Assembly: GCA_944369075.1 (NCBI GenBank)
Contig: CALVXK010000004.1
Span: forward strand, 9,078-73,077
Reading direction: 5' to 3'
DNA from: an uncultured Bacilli bacterium
GTDB lineage: Bacteria; Bacillota_I; Bacilli_A; RFN20; CAG-826
DNA length: 64,000 nt
The first letter of the stretch is position 1, and every line of letters starts with the position of its first letter. The notes below the pieces were generated by a model. The model was not told the DNA's origin, searched no databases, and saw only the letters and a program-made list of their open reading frames with translations. Positions 1-10,216 of the stretch are shown here, piece by piece. Position numbers and translations under genes: made by a program.

Positions 1-860
1 AAGAAATCTATAAAATCCTTTCTAAATTCTTCTCTTTTTAAAGCAAAATGCACTACAGCTTCAAGATAGCCTAATTTATCTCCACAATCATATCTAGTTG
101 GATGGAAATTAACAAAATATGCGCCTTCTTTTTCAATAATTGAAGCTATTGCATCAGTAAGTTGAATTTCTCCACCTTTTCCAGGTTTAGTATGTTCAAG
201 TTCTTCAAAAATATGAGAATTAAAGACCCATTTTCCTAAAGAAGCAAAATTAGATGGTGCTTCTTCTTTTTTTGGTTTTTCAATAATACCTTTTAAAGAA
301 TAAGTAACATCGTCAATTTTTTCTTTAATATCCATTGCACCATATTTAGATATATTATTTAGATCAACTTCTTGACCACCAACAATAGTTTTTCCACCAT
401 TTTTGGAAAATGCATCAATAAGTTCACTTACTGCAGATTTTTTATCAAAATCAACTATATCATCTCCACAGCAAACGACAAAATTATTATCCTTAACCAC
501 ATCTTTTGCACATAAAACAGCATGACCTAAACCAAGCATTTCTTTTTGAATGCAGTAATAAAAATTTGCTTTTTTAGGAATAGAATCAATGATTTTAGCA
601 AAATCATCTTTTTTTGCTCTTATCATTTCATCATAAAACTTTTTATCTTCACTATAATATTTTTTAATATCATCTTTATATTCACTAACAATAAAAACTA
701 TATTTTTAATTCCAGCATTTAAGCATTCTTCAACAATATAATCAATTGTTGGTCGATCAACGATATTTAGCATTTCTTTAGATGTACCTTTAGTTATAGG
801 TAAAAATCTTGTTCCTCTACCAGCTGCTGGAATAACCGCCCATTCAACTTTATTATTCAT
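1..860 (-). CDS. galU: UTP--glucose-1-phosphate uridylyltransferase (GalU), 3' end truncated by the window edge
   Basis: Reverse-complement translation from ATG at 858-860 reads MNNKVEWAVIPAAGRGTRFLPITKGTSKEMLNIVDRPTIDYIVEE... The G-rich nucleotide-binding loop and K/EML motif are typical of GalU. The reading frame runs off position 1. This ORF is not in the supplied track because it is incomplete. Confidence 0.85.
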   Translation of the reverse strand, partial: MNNKVEWAVIPAAGRGTRFLPITKGTSKEMLNIVDRPTIDYIVEECLNAGIKNIVFIVSEYKDDIKKYYSEDKKFYDEMIRAKKDDFAKIIDSIPKKANFYYCIQKEMLGLGHAVLCAKDVVKDNNFVVCCGDDIVDFDKKSAVSELIDAFSKNGGKTIVGGQEVDLNNISKYGAMDIKEKIDDVTYSLKGIIEKPKKEEAPSNFASLGKWVFNSHIFEELEHTKPGKGGEIQLTDAIASIIEKEGAYFVNFHPTRYDCGDKLGYLEAVVHFALKREEFRKDFIDF

Positions 861-964
861 AAATAAAATTACTCCTTTCTTAATATTCTATCTAAAAAGG
901 ATATTTTTTTAAATAAAAATAAGATAAAGAGAATTTTAAAATATAAAAGAAATATTAATAGTAA

Positions 965-1177
965 TTAATTTTGATCACTATCGCAAAGTAATAAAATTCC
1001 AGAAATTAAGTTAACAAATAAAAGTGTACAAACTTTAAATCCAACAGATAAAGTTTTTGTACCTTTATAAGCTCTATAGATTTGAACTGTCATCGGTATC
1101 ATCCAGCAAAGTGGAATTAAAGTCCACCCACAACAAATTGTTGATATTAATGCTAAGATAAAAGCTGCTAATTTCAT
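965..1177 (-). CDS. small hydrophobic membrane protein (70 aa), unknown function
   Basis: Two predicted TM helices. A good SD (AAGGAG) lies 9 nt upstream of the ATG on the minus strand. Confidence 0.45.
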   Translation of the reverse strand: MKLAAFILALISTICCGWTLIPLCWMIPMTVQIYRAYKGTKTLSVGFKVCTLLFVNLISGILLLCDSDQN

Positions 1178-1300
1178 ACTTCTTCTCCTTTTTATTTACT
1201 TTATGGTTATATTTTTATAGTAAGGGAAAGAACGATTTTTGTAAATATAAATAAAGAAAAATAGCGATACTTATCTTCTTTTAAGGACAAGAACATTTGG

Positions 1301-1337
1301 TATAAAAAATATCAGACAGCAATTAACCATCTGATAT
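1301..1337 (-). terminator. rho-independent terminator downstream of the ABC exporter operon
   Basis: Minus-strand hairpin ATATCAGA-(13 nt loop)-TCTGATAT followed by TTTTTATA. It lies 20 nt after the stop of the 1358..3265 gene. Confidence 0.55.
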
Positions 1338-1357
1338 TCTTTATATAAATTTTTTTA

Positions 1358-3265
1358 TTATTCTAGTTCAAATACACCAGTATAGAGTTGATAGTAATAA
1401 CCATGTTGTTCAATTAATTGCTCATGAGTTCCTCTTTCAATAATTCTACCATGATCAAGAACCATAATAGCTTGGGCATCTTTAATTGTTGAAAGTCTAT
1501 GAGCAATTAAGAAAACGGTCTTACCTTTCATTAAGTTTTCCATACCTTTTAAGACAATTGCTTCAGTTCTAGTATCAATTGATGAAGTAGCTTCATCAAG
1601 AATTAATACTGGACATTGAGAGACGGCAGCTCTAGCAATTGATAAAAGTTGAGCTTGACCTTGGGAAATAGATGAACCATTTCCTTTAACATATGTATTA
1701 TATCCTTGAGGTAAACGTGAAATAAATGAATCAGCATTAGCAAGTTTTGCAGCTTCAATACATTCTTCATCAGTTGCATCAAGTCTACCATAACGAATAT
1801 TATCCATGATGGTTCCACTAAATAAGTTTGTATCTTGTAAAACCATACCTAAGGATCTTCTTAAATCCTTTTTCTTAATTTTGTTAATATTAATTCCATC
1901 ATATCTGATCTTACCATCAGCAATATCATAGAATCTATTAATTAAGTTAGTGATTGTTGTCTTACCAGCACCTGTTGCACCTACGAACGCAATCTTTTGA
2001 CCAGGTTTTGCATAAAGACTAACATCATGAAGAACGATTTTATCTGGAACATAGCCAAAGTCGACATCAAACATTCTAATATCACCCTGGAGTAATGTAT
2101 AAGTAATTGAACCATCAGCAGTATGAGGATGTTTCCAAGCCCATAATGTATGTTCTTTTCTTCCACATTCTACGATATTTCCATCTTTATCGTATTTACC
2201 CATAACAAGAGTAACATAACCATTATCAACTTCAACAGGTTCATCTAAAAGTTCATAAACTCTAGTTGTACCACCAACTGCCATAGCAACGGAGTTAACT
2301 TGGTTTGAAGTTTCAGCAACGTTATTTGTAAATTGTCTTACCATTGGAAGGAATGAAACAACAACACCAATAGTAATAGTTTGAATACCAGTTAATGTAA
2401 AATCTTTGATGTTTAAAGCAAATAATACAGTACCAACGAAAGCAACTAAGATGTAAAGGATATTACCAATGTTACCCATAATTGGCATTAAAATGTTTGC
2501 AAATTTATTTGCTTTTGTAGAAACATTTCTTAAATCGTCACAATATTTTGTACAATCTTTGACTGCTTCTTCTTCGTGAGTGAATGATTTAACAACTTTT
2601 AAGCCGTTCATCATCTCTTCGATGAAACCTTCTTCATTAGCAATAACTTTTTGTTGAATCATGAAGTTTCTTGCCGATCTAGAACCTGTTAATTTAACAT
2701 TTAAGACCATGAAGCAAGCTCCAACAATAACGATTAAAGTTAAGATTACTGAAGAGCTTAACATAACAAAGAATGAAGTAATAAATGAAATTGAACAAAT
2801 TGCAATAGTTGAAATAGATTGAGCGAGTAATTGTCTAATTGTATCAATATCGTTAGTGAATGTTGACATAATTAAACCTTTATCGTGTCTATCAAAATAT
2901 GAAATAGGTAAATCTTGTAAGTGGTTAAACATACGGCACCTAAGTTCATGCATGTATGTTTGAGCATATTTTGCAGTGATTTGTGAATAAATAACACCAC
3001 CACAAATAGAAAGTAAATAAGCACAGACAAGAATAATTAATTGATTAAAGAATGCATCTTTAACACCTTCCCAGCCTAAACCATTAAAAGATTCCATGAC
3101 TAGGTTAATAACAGTTGATAAGCTAATAGGAGCAAAAATTGCACCTAAAGCATTAAGCAAAATACAAACGCCAGCAATTGACATTGCGACCGGGTGAGAT
3201 TTGAGGTAATCGCCAATTGTTCTTAATAAGACATGATGTTTTTTATTCTTATTCATTATTAGCAC
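1358..3265 (-). CDS. ABC multidrug-type exporter, fused TMD-NBD half transporter; carries the degenerate signature motif of a heterodimeric pair
   Basis: Walker A GATGAGKTT, canonical Walker B ILDEATSSID and H-loop IAHRL are present. The signature is degenerate (SQGQAQ instead of LSGGQ). A roughly 40-aa insertion (GKYDKDGNIVECGRKEHTLWAWKHPHTADG...) sits in the N-terminal beta region of the NBD. Confidence 0.85.
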   Translation of the reverse strand: MLIMNKNKKHHVLLRTIGDYLKSHPVAMSIAGVCILLNALGAIFAPISLSTVINLVMESFNGLGWEGVKDAFFNQLIILVCAYLLSICGGVIYSQITAKYAQTYMHELRCRMFNHLQDLPISYFDRHDKGLIMSTFTNDIDTIRQLLAQSISTIAICSISFITSFFVMLSSSVILTLIVIVGACFMVLNVKLTGSRSARNFMIQQKVIANEEGFIEEMMNGLKVVKSFTHEEEAVKDCTKYCDDLRNVSTKANKFANILMPIMGNIGNILYILVAFVGTVLFALNIKDFTLTGIQTITIGVVVSFLPMVRQFTNNVAETSNQVNSVAMAVGGTTRVYELLDEPVEVDNGYVTLVMGKYDKDGNIVECGRKEHTLWAWKHPHTADGSITYTLLQGDIRMFDVDFGYVPDKIVLHDVSLYAKPGQKIAFVGATGAGKTTITNLINRFYDIADGKIRYDGININKIKKKDLRRSLGMVLQDTNLFSGTIMDNIRYGRLDATDEECIEAAKLANADSFISRLPQGYNTYVKGNGSSISQGQAQLLSIARAAVSQCPVLILDEATSSIDTRTEAIVLKGMENLMKGKTVFLIAHRLSTIKDAQAIMVLDHGRIIERGTHEQLIEQHGYYYQLYTGVFELE

Positions 3266-5081
3266 CTCCTATTTTACTTTGAATACTATAAACTTCTTGA
3301 TAAATTGGGTTATTTTTGAGTAATTCTTCATGAGTACCAATTCCAGTAATTTCACCATTATCCATAACGATAATTCTATCAGCATCCATAACTGAATTAA
3401 CTCTTTGTGCAATAATAATCTTAGTTACACCAGGCATTGATTCTTTTAAACCTTTTCTAATAAATGCATCAGTTTTTGTATCAACAGCACTTGTTGAGTC
3501 ATCAAGAATTAAAACTTTTGGTTTCTTTAATAAAGCTCTAGCAATGCAAAGTCTTTGTTTTTGACCACCAGAGAAGTTAACACCACCTTGTTCAACTACA
3601 GAATCATAACCATCTTTAAGTTGAGAAATGAATGAATCAGCTTGTGAAATCTTACATGCTTCTTTCATTTCTTCATAAGTAGCATTTTCATTACCCCATC
3701 TAAGGTTAGATGCAATAGTTCCGCCAAATAAGACGTTCTTTTGAAGGACCATTGAGACGTTATCTCTTAAGACTTTGACATCATATTCTCTAACGTCATG
3801 GCCAGCTAAATAAACTGTACCTTCACTAGCATCATAGAATCTAGAAATAAGGTTAACTAAAGTAGATTTTGAGGAACCTGTTCCACCAATAATACCAATA
3901 GTTTCACCAGATTTAATATGAATATTAACGTTACTTAAAGCAAATTTTTCAGCATCTGGTTTATATTTGAATGAGACATTATCAAAGACAATATCGCCAT
4001 TTTCAACAGTTTTTAATGCATTTGGATTAGATTTAATAGTTGGTTCTTCTACTAAAACTTCATAAACTCTGTTCATACAAGGAACAGCCATCATAATCAT
4101 AAATAATGAGAATGAGACCATACTTAATGAAGAAAGAACTTGAGCACTATAAGTAATTAAAGCAGAAAGTTTACCTGTATTTAATCCATATTCCATTTGA
4201 CTAATATCATTAGTAATCATGATATAAGAACCAATAAAGATGAATAAACACATTGATAAATACATTGTTACTTGAATAGTTGGGTTAGTAATAGCTAAAA
4301 GTCTTTCAACGAATGTGAAACCTTTTTTCATCTCATCACTTCTTTTACCAAATCTATCTTTTTCGTAATCTTCTCTAGCATAGGTTTTAACAACTCTAAT
4401 GCCTCTAACGTTTTCGTTAACAACTTCGTTTAATTCATCGTAACGATCGAATAAAACTTGGAATTTTCTATTTGCAATAATAATAATTGGAATTAAGACT
4501 ATAAGAAGAATTGGAATAGTAATAGCAAATACCCAAGAAAGTTGTGGAGCCATAATAATGGCCATTATGAATGAGAAAATAAACATAATAGGAGCTCTAA
4601 CAACAATTCTGATACATAATTGGAAAGCCATCCAAATATTACCAATATCAGTTGTTTGTCTTGTAATTAAAGAAGAAGCTGAGAATTTATCAATATTCTT
4701 GAATGAAAATGAAGTAATTTTCTTAAATAAATCAACTCTCAAGTTTCTAACGAACCCAACAGAAGCTTTAGCAGAGACAATACCAGCCGAAATACCAGCA
4801 GCAAAAGATACAATAGCAAGCCCTAAAAGGATTGCTCCATAAATTAAAACTAAATTTAAAACTTCACTTGCAGGAACGCCATTAATCTCAAGTTCTGTCA
4901 TTTGGTTAATTAGCATTGACATTACAAGAGGAATGACACATTCCATTAAAGTTTCAATAGTAATAAATACAATTGATAAAATTGATTCTTTTTTGTATTC
5001 TCTTAAGCTTCTAAGAAGTACTTTAGCTTTTTTAAAGAATCCAATTTTACTAACTTCTTTTAAAGTCGCACTACTTGTCAT
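3249..5081 (-). CDS. ABC multidrug-type exporter half transporter, partner subunit with degenerate Walker B and H-loop
   Basis: Walker A GGTGSSKST and canonical signature FSGGQKQR are present. Walker B reads ILDDSTSAVD (catalytic E replaced by D). The H-loop reads IAQRV (H replaced by Q). The reading frame overlaps both neighbouring genes. Confidence 0.85.
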   Translation of the reverse strand: MTSSATLKEVSKIGFFKKAKVLLRSLREYKKESILSIVFITIETLMECVIPLVMSMLINQMTELEINGVPASEVLNLVLIYGAILLGLAIVSFAAGISAGIVSAKASVGFVRNLRVDLFKKITSFSFKNIDKFSASSLITRQTTDIGNIWMAFQLCIRIVVRAPIMFIFSFIMAIIMAPQLSWVFAITIPILLIVLIPIIIIANRKFQVLFDRYDELNEVVNENVRGIRVVKTYAREDYEKDRFGKRSDEMKKGFTFVERLLAITNPTIQVTMYLSMCLFIFIGSYIMITNDISQMEYGLNTGKLSALITYSAQVLSSLSMVSFSLFMIMMAVPCMNRVYEVLVEEPTIKSNPNALKTVENGDIVFDNVSFKYKPDAEKFALSNVNIHIKSGETIGIIGGTGSSKSTLVNLISRFYDASEGTVYLAGHDVREYDVKVLRDNVSMVLQKNVLFGGTIASNLRWGNENATYEEMKEACKISQADSFISQLKDGYDSVVEQGGVNFSGGQKQRLCIARALLKKPKVLILDDSTSAVDTKTDAFIRKGLKESMPGVTKIIIAQRVNSVMDADRIIVMDNGEITGIGTHEELLKNNPIYQEVYSIQSKIGGANNE

Positions 5082-5523
5082 TTAATTTCTCCTTTCTTAT
5101 ATTTATAACCACTTTATTTAATAGTTTTGCTAAGGTTTCACGCTCTTTTTTATCAAAACCTTTGAACAAAGCTTCTGAAACTATATCGTGGTCTTTAGCA
5201 ATCTTTAAATAAATTTCCTTCCCTTCTGGAGTTAAAGATACTAACTTTTTTCTTTTATCTAATTTATCTTCTACTCTATTTACATATCCTTTTTCTTCTA
5301 AGTGAGTTAAAGCGTTATTAACACTCGCCTTAGGAAGAACAAATTCTTTTTCTATCGTTGACTGATTTACTTCTTCATGTAATATATCATTTTTATAGTA
5401 AATAAATTCCATGTAAGTAAATAAACTAGGTGCAAGATGATCATGTTCTTTTCCAGGATCAACCCTTTTAAACATCGCCTCTATATTTTTATAGATATAA
5501 TGAATACTTGTAACAGATCTCAT
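5071..5523 (-). CDS. MarR-family transcriptional regulator, first gene of the exporter operon
   Basis: Winged-helix segment LTHLEEKGYVNRVEDKLDKRKKLVSLTPEGK is typical of MarR. Its stop overlaps the start of the downstream ABC gene. Confidence 0.75.
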   Translation of the reverse strand: MRSVTSIHYIYKNIEAMFKRVDPGKEHDHLAPSLFTYMEFIYYKNDILHEEVNQSTIEKEFVLPKASVNNALTHLEEKGYVNRVEDKLDKRKKLVSLTPEGKEIYLKIAKDHDIVSEALFKGFDKKERETLAKLLNKVVINIRKEKLNDK

Positions 5524-5551
5524 AGATATATAACTTTGAAAATTTAATTTA

Positions 5552-5655
5552 GTTCAAAATCGAACAATATTTTAAGACCTCAAAATTTTAAATTCAAGAC
5601 AAATTTTAAGAAAAAAATATGAAAGTGCTTTCATAAAATTTGTTCGATATCGAAC
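5552..5655. promoter_or_regulatory. pair of 14-bp palindromic operator candidates upstream of marR
   Basis: GTTCAAAATCGAAC at 5552-5565 and perfect palindrome GTTCGATATCGAAC at 5642-5655. An 8-2-8 inverted repeat TATGAAAGTGCTTTCATA at 5618-5635 lies between them. Confidence 0.45.
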
Positions 5656-5749
5656 TATTGTCAACTATAAAGAATAAGCTTGATTGCTTTCAATTTTATT
5701 ATTGACATTATAATGTCAATTAAAAAATCAGGTAATTGTAAACGTTTTT

Positions 5750-5788
5750 AAAACGAAAATAAAACCTCTAAGTTTTAAACCTAGAGGT
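5750..5788 (-). terminator. rho-independent terminator of yebC
   Basis: Minus-strand hairpin CCTCTAG-(loop)-CTAGAGG followed by TTTTATTTTCGTTTT, immediately after the yebC stop. Confidence 0.5.
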
Positions 5789-5811
5789 AAGTAAATAATT
5801 TTGATTTTAAA

Positions 5812-6516
5812 TTATAAATCGACGTTATGATAAACGTTTTGAACGTCTTCGCAATCATCTAATTGATCAAGTAATTCTTGGAATTTCTTAAGATCTTCAC
5901 CTTCTAAAGTTATCTTATCATTAGCCATCATGGTAACTTCAGCAACTTCGAAATCAGTGATATTAAGATTTTTTAAAACTTCTTTTGCTTTCTCAAAATC
6001 ATTTGGTGCAACAAGAATTTCAACTTCTCCGTCTTCGTTATTAATTTCTTTAACGTCAACATCATTAAGAATTAAATCTTCTTCAAGTGCTTCTTCACTT
6101 CCATCATATTTAAAAGCCAAAACACCAACGTGTTCAAAGTTATAAGAAACTGAACCAAGTTGTCCACCTTTTCTTGTAATAATAGTTCTAACGTTAACTA
6201 AAGCTCTATTTGAATTATCACTTAATGTATCGATAATTAATAAAGTGCCAGCTGGTCCAAGAGCTTCATATCTTCCTTCAATATAGGAAGTTGCATCTCC
6301 ACCTTGGGCTTTTTTAATTGCTCTATCAATAACGTCTTTTGGACATGTTTTTCTATATTTATCAATAGCACTTCTAAGTGCAAGGTTGGAGTTAGGATCA
6401 GGAACACCTCTTTTTGCAGCCATATAGATTTCTTTAGAAGCTCTCATATATAGTGCAGATTTCTTTTTAGCAGTAGCAGCCATAGAAGCAGCTCTAACTT
6501 CAAAATGTCTTCCCAT
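5812..6516 (-). CDS. yebC: YebC/PmpR family probable transcriptional regulatory protein
   Basis: N-terminus MGRHFEVRAASMAATAKKKSALYMRASKEIYMAAK and the overall 234-aa layout match the YebC (DUF28) family. Confidence 0.85.
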   Translation of the reverse strand: MGRHFEVRAASMAATAKKKSALYMRASKEIYMAAKRGVPDPNSNLALRSAIDKYRKTCPKDVIDRAIKKAQGGDATSYIEGRYEALGPAGTLLIIDTLSDNSNRALVNVRTIITRKGGQLGSVSYNFEHVGVLAFKYDGSEEALEEDLILNDVDVKEINNEDGEVEILVAPNDFEKAKEVLKNLNITDFEVAEVTMMANDKITLEGEDLKKFQELLDQLDDCEDVQNVYHNVDL

Positions 6517-6545
6517 ATCTATTTCTCCTTATATTATAAATAAAA

Positions 6546-6578
6546 ATAACGCTTATTTCTTTAAAACAAGCGTTATTA
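6546..6578 (-). terminator. hairpin between truA and yebC (terminator or attenuator)
   Basis: AATAACGCTT-(13 nt)-AAGCGTTATT is a 10-bp perfect stem followed on the minus strand by a T-rich run. It sits just upstream of the yebC RBS. Confidence 0.4.
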
Positions 6579-6784
6579 TGATACTACTTCTATAGTTCTA
6601 TTTTCAATAATAAATCGAGTATTATCAAGTTTTAACGTCTTTTACTATCCTTCAAAACATATAGATTAACTTACTACAAACTTATGCTAAATAAATTATT
6701 AAAAAATTACGATAACTATCGAATATTTTTAATATTATGCAGAATTATTTTGTTAAACATACAATATAAATATTAAATCTAAAC

Positions 6785-7564
6785 TTAGTAAATAACTTTA
6801 TCTAAATATAAAGCATTACCTTTTGCAGTAAAAGGGACTATATCTCTATTATCTATATTATTAAGTTTAGATTTAATATCTTCTAAAGTAATTTTGTAAT
6901 CGTTATAGGCTAAAATAGTACCAACTATTTTTCTTATTTCATATCTCATAAAGCCATCACCAATAAATACTAGTTTTATTCTAGAACTATCTACTTTTAC
7001 AACTTTAATATTAAATATAGTACGAATAAAGTTACGTTCATCATCTTTTTCTTTAGAAGTAAAATTAATAAAAGAATGTGTTCCTATAAAAACACTAATA
7101 ACTTCTTTAATTTTATTTAAATCTAGATTATGAACATAAAGTTCATAATCTCTTTTTAATGGATCATACGATTTAAAGTTAATAAGATAATAATATATTT
7201 TCTTTTTAGCATTAAATCTAGCATTAAAACTTAAAGCTACTCTTTTAATAGATTTAATATAAATTTCAGGACTAATTACTTTATTTATTTTATATAAGAA
7301 AGAATCTAAAGAGTATTTATCTTCTATTTTAAATGGTAAAAAGAAATTAGCCACTTGATTAATGGCATGTACTTTTTTATCTGTTCTTCCACTAGCATAT
7401 ATTTTAAATTCTTTAAAATTTAAAATTAATGCTATTTTAGATGTAACTTCTTCTTCTATACTTTTCTTATTAACTTGTTTAGCATATCCAAAAAAGTTAT
7501 TTCCATCATAAGAAAAGATAATCTTATAGTTATATTTTTTAGTTATATTGTCTTTATTCCCCAT
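6785..7564 (-). CDS. truA: tRNA pseudouridine(38-40) synthase TruA
   Basis: The catalytic motif GRTDKKVHA is present. It is the last gene of the ecfA1-ecfA2-ecfT-truA arrangement conserved in Firmicutes. Confidence 0.85.
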   Translation of the reverse strand: MGNKDNITKKYNYKIIFSYDGNNFFGYAKQVNKKSIEEEVTSKIALILNFKEFKIYASGRTDKKVHAINQVANFFLPFKIEDKYSLDSFLYKINKVISPEIYIKSIKRVALSFNARFNAKKKIYYYLINFKSYDPLKRDYELYVHNLDLNKIKEVISVFIGTHSFINFTSKEKDDERNFIRTIFNIKVVKVDSSRIKLVFIGDGFMRYEIRKIVGTILAYNDYKITLEDIKSKLNNIDNRDIVPFTAKGNALYLDKVIY

Positions 7565-8421
7565 ATAAAGTTAATAATATCATCAAAGCCAGATATTGTA
7601 GAACTACAAATTGAAAAAGTAATTACCATAGAGGCAATAAGGATAATGATTAATAAAGCAATTAAATCTTTATAAGAAAACTTTAAACTCTTATATCTAG
7701 TTCTATGTTTATAAGGATCATAACCTCTTGCTTCCATTGCAATAGCAAGTTCATCACTTCTAGAAAAACAAGATACAAGTAAAGGAATAATTAAGGTAGT
7801 AATAGATTTAATTTTAGCCATAAAAAAGCCTTTATTATAATCTACTCCTCTAGATTTTTGAGCGTTCATAATTCTATTAGCTTCATTAAGTAATGTTGGA
7901 ATAAATCTTAAAGCTAAAGAAATTGTTAAAGATACTACTTGAGTAGGAAATTTAACTAGTTTTAATGGCGTTAAATACCAATCTAAAGCATAAGTTATAT
8001 CCATTGGTAAAGTTGTAGAAGTTAAAATAATTGTAAGAGCAATCATTAAAATTAATCTAACTAAAATATGAGCTACTTGAAGTAAATTATCCCAATATAA
8101 AGTATAGTTTTCATTAAATGAATATATTGGATAATCTCCTTTAGTAGGTATAAAAAACATGAATATTAAAAGAAATATTACCATCATCCATAAAGACGAA
8201 AGTGATCTAAAAAATGAAGAAAAAGATACTCTTCCAATAACCATAATTAAACCAATAATTAAAGTTAAAATACCTAAAACAATAAACCTATTTGTATAGT
8301 TACCAAAAGGTAAAAATACTATAACCATAAGTAAAATAAGTGCAAAAAACTTAAGTCTAGGATCTAGACGATGAATAATAGAATTATAAGGAGTATATTT
8401 ACCTAAAATATCGCTTCTCAT
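7543..8421 (-). CDS. ecfT: ECF transporter transmembrane (T) component EcfT
   Basis: Polytopic CbiQ/EcfT-like membrane protein directly downstream of the two EcfA ATPases. Confidence 0.8.
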   Translation of the reverse strand: MRSDILGKYTPYNSIIHRLDPRLKFFALILLMVIVFLPFGNYTNRFIVLGILTLIIGLIMVIGRVSFSSFFRSLSSLWMMVIFLLIFMFFIPTKGDYPIYSFNENYTLYWDNLLQVAHILVRLILMIALTIILTSTTLPMDITYALDWYLTPLKLVKFPTQVVSLTISLALRFIPTLLNEANRIMNAQKSRGVDYNKGFFMAKIKSITTLIIPLLVSCFSRSDELAIAMEARGYDPYKHRTRYKSLKFSYKDLIALLIIILIASMVITFSICSSTISGFDDIINFIWGIKTI

Positions 8422-8424
8422 CTA

Positions 8425-9318
8425 TTATTTCTCCTCACTTAAAATATTTATTAGTGAAGCTAAATCATTAGCTTCACTAATATCTTTTTTATAACCATAT
8501 TCTTTTAAATAACGTTTAAATTTATAAAAAGGTGGAACTTCTAAAGAATAAGTTTCTATATCATCTTTATTAAATAATTCACTAGGCTTCATCATTCCTA
8601 AATATTTTGAATCTTTTAAAACTATTACTTTATTGGCATAATTCATTACTGTTTCCATATCATGAGTAACAATAATAATTGTTGTTCCTTCTTGATGTAT
8701 TTTTTTAACTAGATCTAATATTTCTTTTCTACCATTAGGATCTAAACCAACTGTTGGTTCATCTAAAACTAAAATAGAAGGATTAGAGGCTATAATTCCA
8801 GCTATAGCTACTCTTCTTTTTTCTCCTCCCGACAACTCAAAAGGTGATCTATTAAAATAAGAAGCATCAAGTCCAACTTTCTTTAAACACTCTTTAGCTT
8901 TTTCTTCAGCTTCTTTTTCTTTAAAACCAAAGTTTTTAGGACCAAACATTACATCTTTTAAAACTGTTTCACTAAAAAGTTGATATTCAGGAAATTGGAA
9001 AACCATTCCTACTTCTTTTCTAAGTTTAGAAAAGTTTTTTAATTCTGTTTTCTTATATTTTTTCTCTTTTACTAACTTTTTAATGATCTCTTTATCTCCG
9101 GTTACAATAAAATCTTTTACTTTGGTATAACCTTTAGAAGGAAGAAGTAATCCATTTAAGGTTTGAATTAAAGTTGATTTACCTGAACCAGTCTTACCTA
9201 CTAAAGCTACAAAATCGTTTTCTTCAATATTAAAATTTATATCGTTAATAGCATCATAACGATTAGGATCTTTTTTATTATAAACAAATGAAACATGGTG
9301 GAACTCTATCATTGACAT
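8425..9318 (-). CDS. ecfA2: ECF transporter ATPase EcfA2
   Basis: Walker A GKTGSGKST, signature LSGGEKRR, Walker B LVLDEPT. Confidence 0.85.
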   Translation of the reverse strand: MSMIEFHHVSFVYNKKDPNRYDAINDINFNIEENDFVALVGKTGSGKSTLIQTLNGLLLPSKGYTKVKDFIVTGDKEIIKKLVKEKKYKKTELKNFSKLRKEVGMVFQFPEYQLFSETVLKDVMFGPKNFGFKEKEAEEKAKECLKKVGLDASYFNRSPFELSGGEKRRVAIAGIIASNPSILVLDEPTVGLDPNGRKEILDLVKKIHQEGTTIIIVTHDMETVMNYANKVIVLKDSKYLGMMKPSELFNKDDIETYSLEVPPFYKFKRYLKEYGYKKDISEANDLASLINILSEEK

Positions 9319-10136
9319 AAAAATTTAGCCACTCCTTCAATTGTTTTAATTTCACTCGGTACAATAATATTTCTTTTACTTAATTCATTTTTAATCTTTA
9401 ATACGAATGGTATATCAAGTTCAATTTTTCTCATTTCTTCTTCGTCTTTAAATACTTCGTTAGGTACATCGTTTTTATATATTTTTCCTTCATTTAAAAT
9501 AATAACTCTATCTGAAAGATAAGCTTCTTCAATATCATGAGTAATAGAAATTACCGTTAATTCAGGATTTTCTTTTTTCATTGTCAAAATTAAATTTCTA
9601 ATTTCTTCTACTCCTTCAGGATCTAGCATTGAAGTAGCTTCATCAAATATAATAATTTTTAAATTAAGAGCTAAAATACCAGCTATAGCAACTCTTTGTT
9701 TTTGTCCACCACTAAGTTCTTCTGGCTCTTTATTTAAAAATTTATCCATTCCTACTTTGGTAGCAAATTCTTTTACTATCTTTCTCATTTCTTGTTGTTT
9801 TACATTACGATTTTCTAAACCAAAAGCAATATCATCTTCAACAGTTGAACCAATAAATTGATTATCTGGATTTTGAAAAACAATTCCTATTTTAGATCTA
9901 ATATTTTTAATGGAGTTTTCATTTAACTCTTCACCTTCAATATAAATTTTTCCATCAATAGGTTCTAAAATATAAGATAAAAGTTTAGCTAGCGTTGATT
10001 TACCACTACCATTATGACCAATTAAGGTAACATATTCGCCTTTATATATTTCAAAAGAAACGTTATCAAGTACCTTCTTTTTGTCTTCGTAATAAAATAT
10101 TAAATCTTTAACTTCAATAATCTTTTCTTTTTCCAT
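9309..10136 (-). CDS. ecfA1: ECF transporter ATPase EcfA1
   Basis: Walker A GHNGSGKST, signature LSGGQKQR, Walker B IIFDEATS. Confidence 0.85.
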   Translation of the reverse strand: MEKEKIIEVKDLIFYYEDKKKVLDNVSFEIYKGEYVTLIGHNGSGKSTLAKLLSYILEPIDGKIYIEGEELNENSIKNIRSKIGIVFQNPDNQFIGSTVEDDIAFGLENRNVKQQEMRKIVKEFATKVGMDKFLNKEPEELSGGQKQRVAIAGILALNLKIIIFDEATSMLDPEGVEEIRNLILTMKKENPELTVISITHDIEEAYLSDRVIILNEGKIYKNDVPNEVFKDEEEMRKIELDIPFVLKIKNELSKRNIIVPSEIKTIEGVAKFLCQ

Positions 10137-10216
10137 TTTGCTCGTAATAAAACTAATTAATAAGTCAATTATTAATTAGGATATAATTATTACTTCTTTT
10201 TGAGTTTTTATCAACT

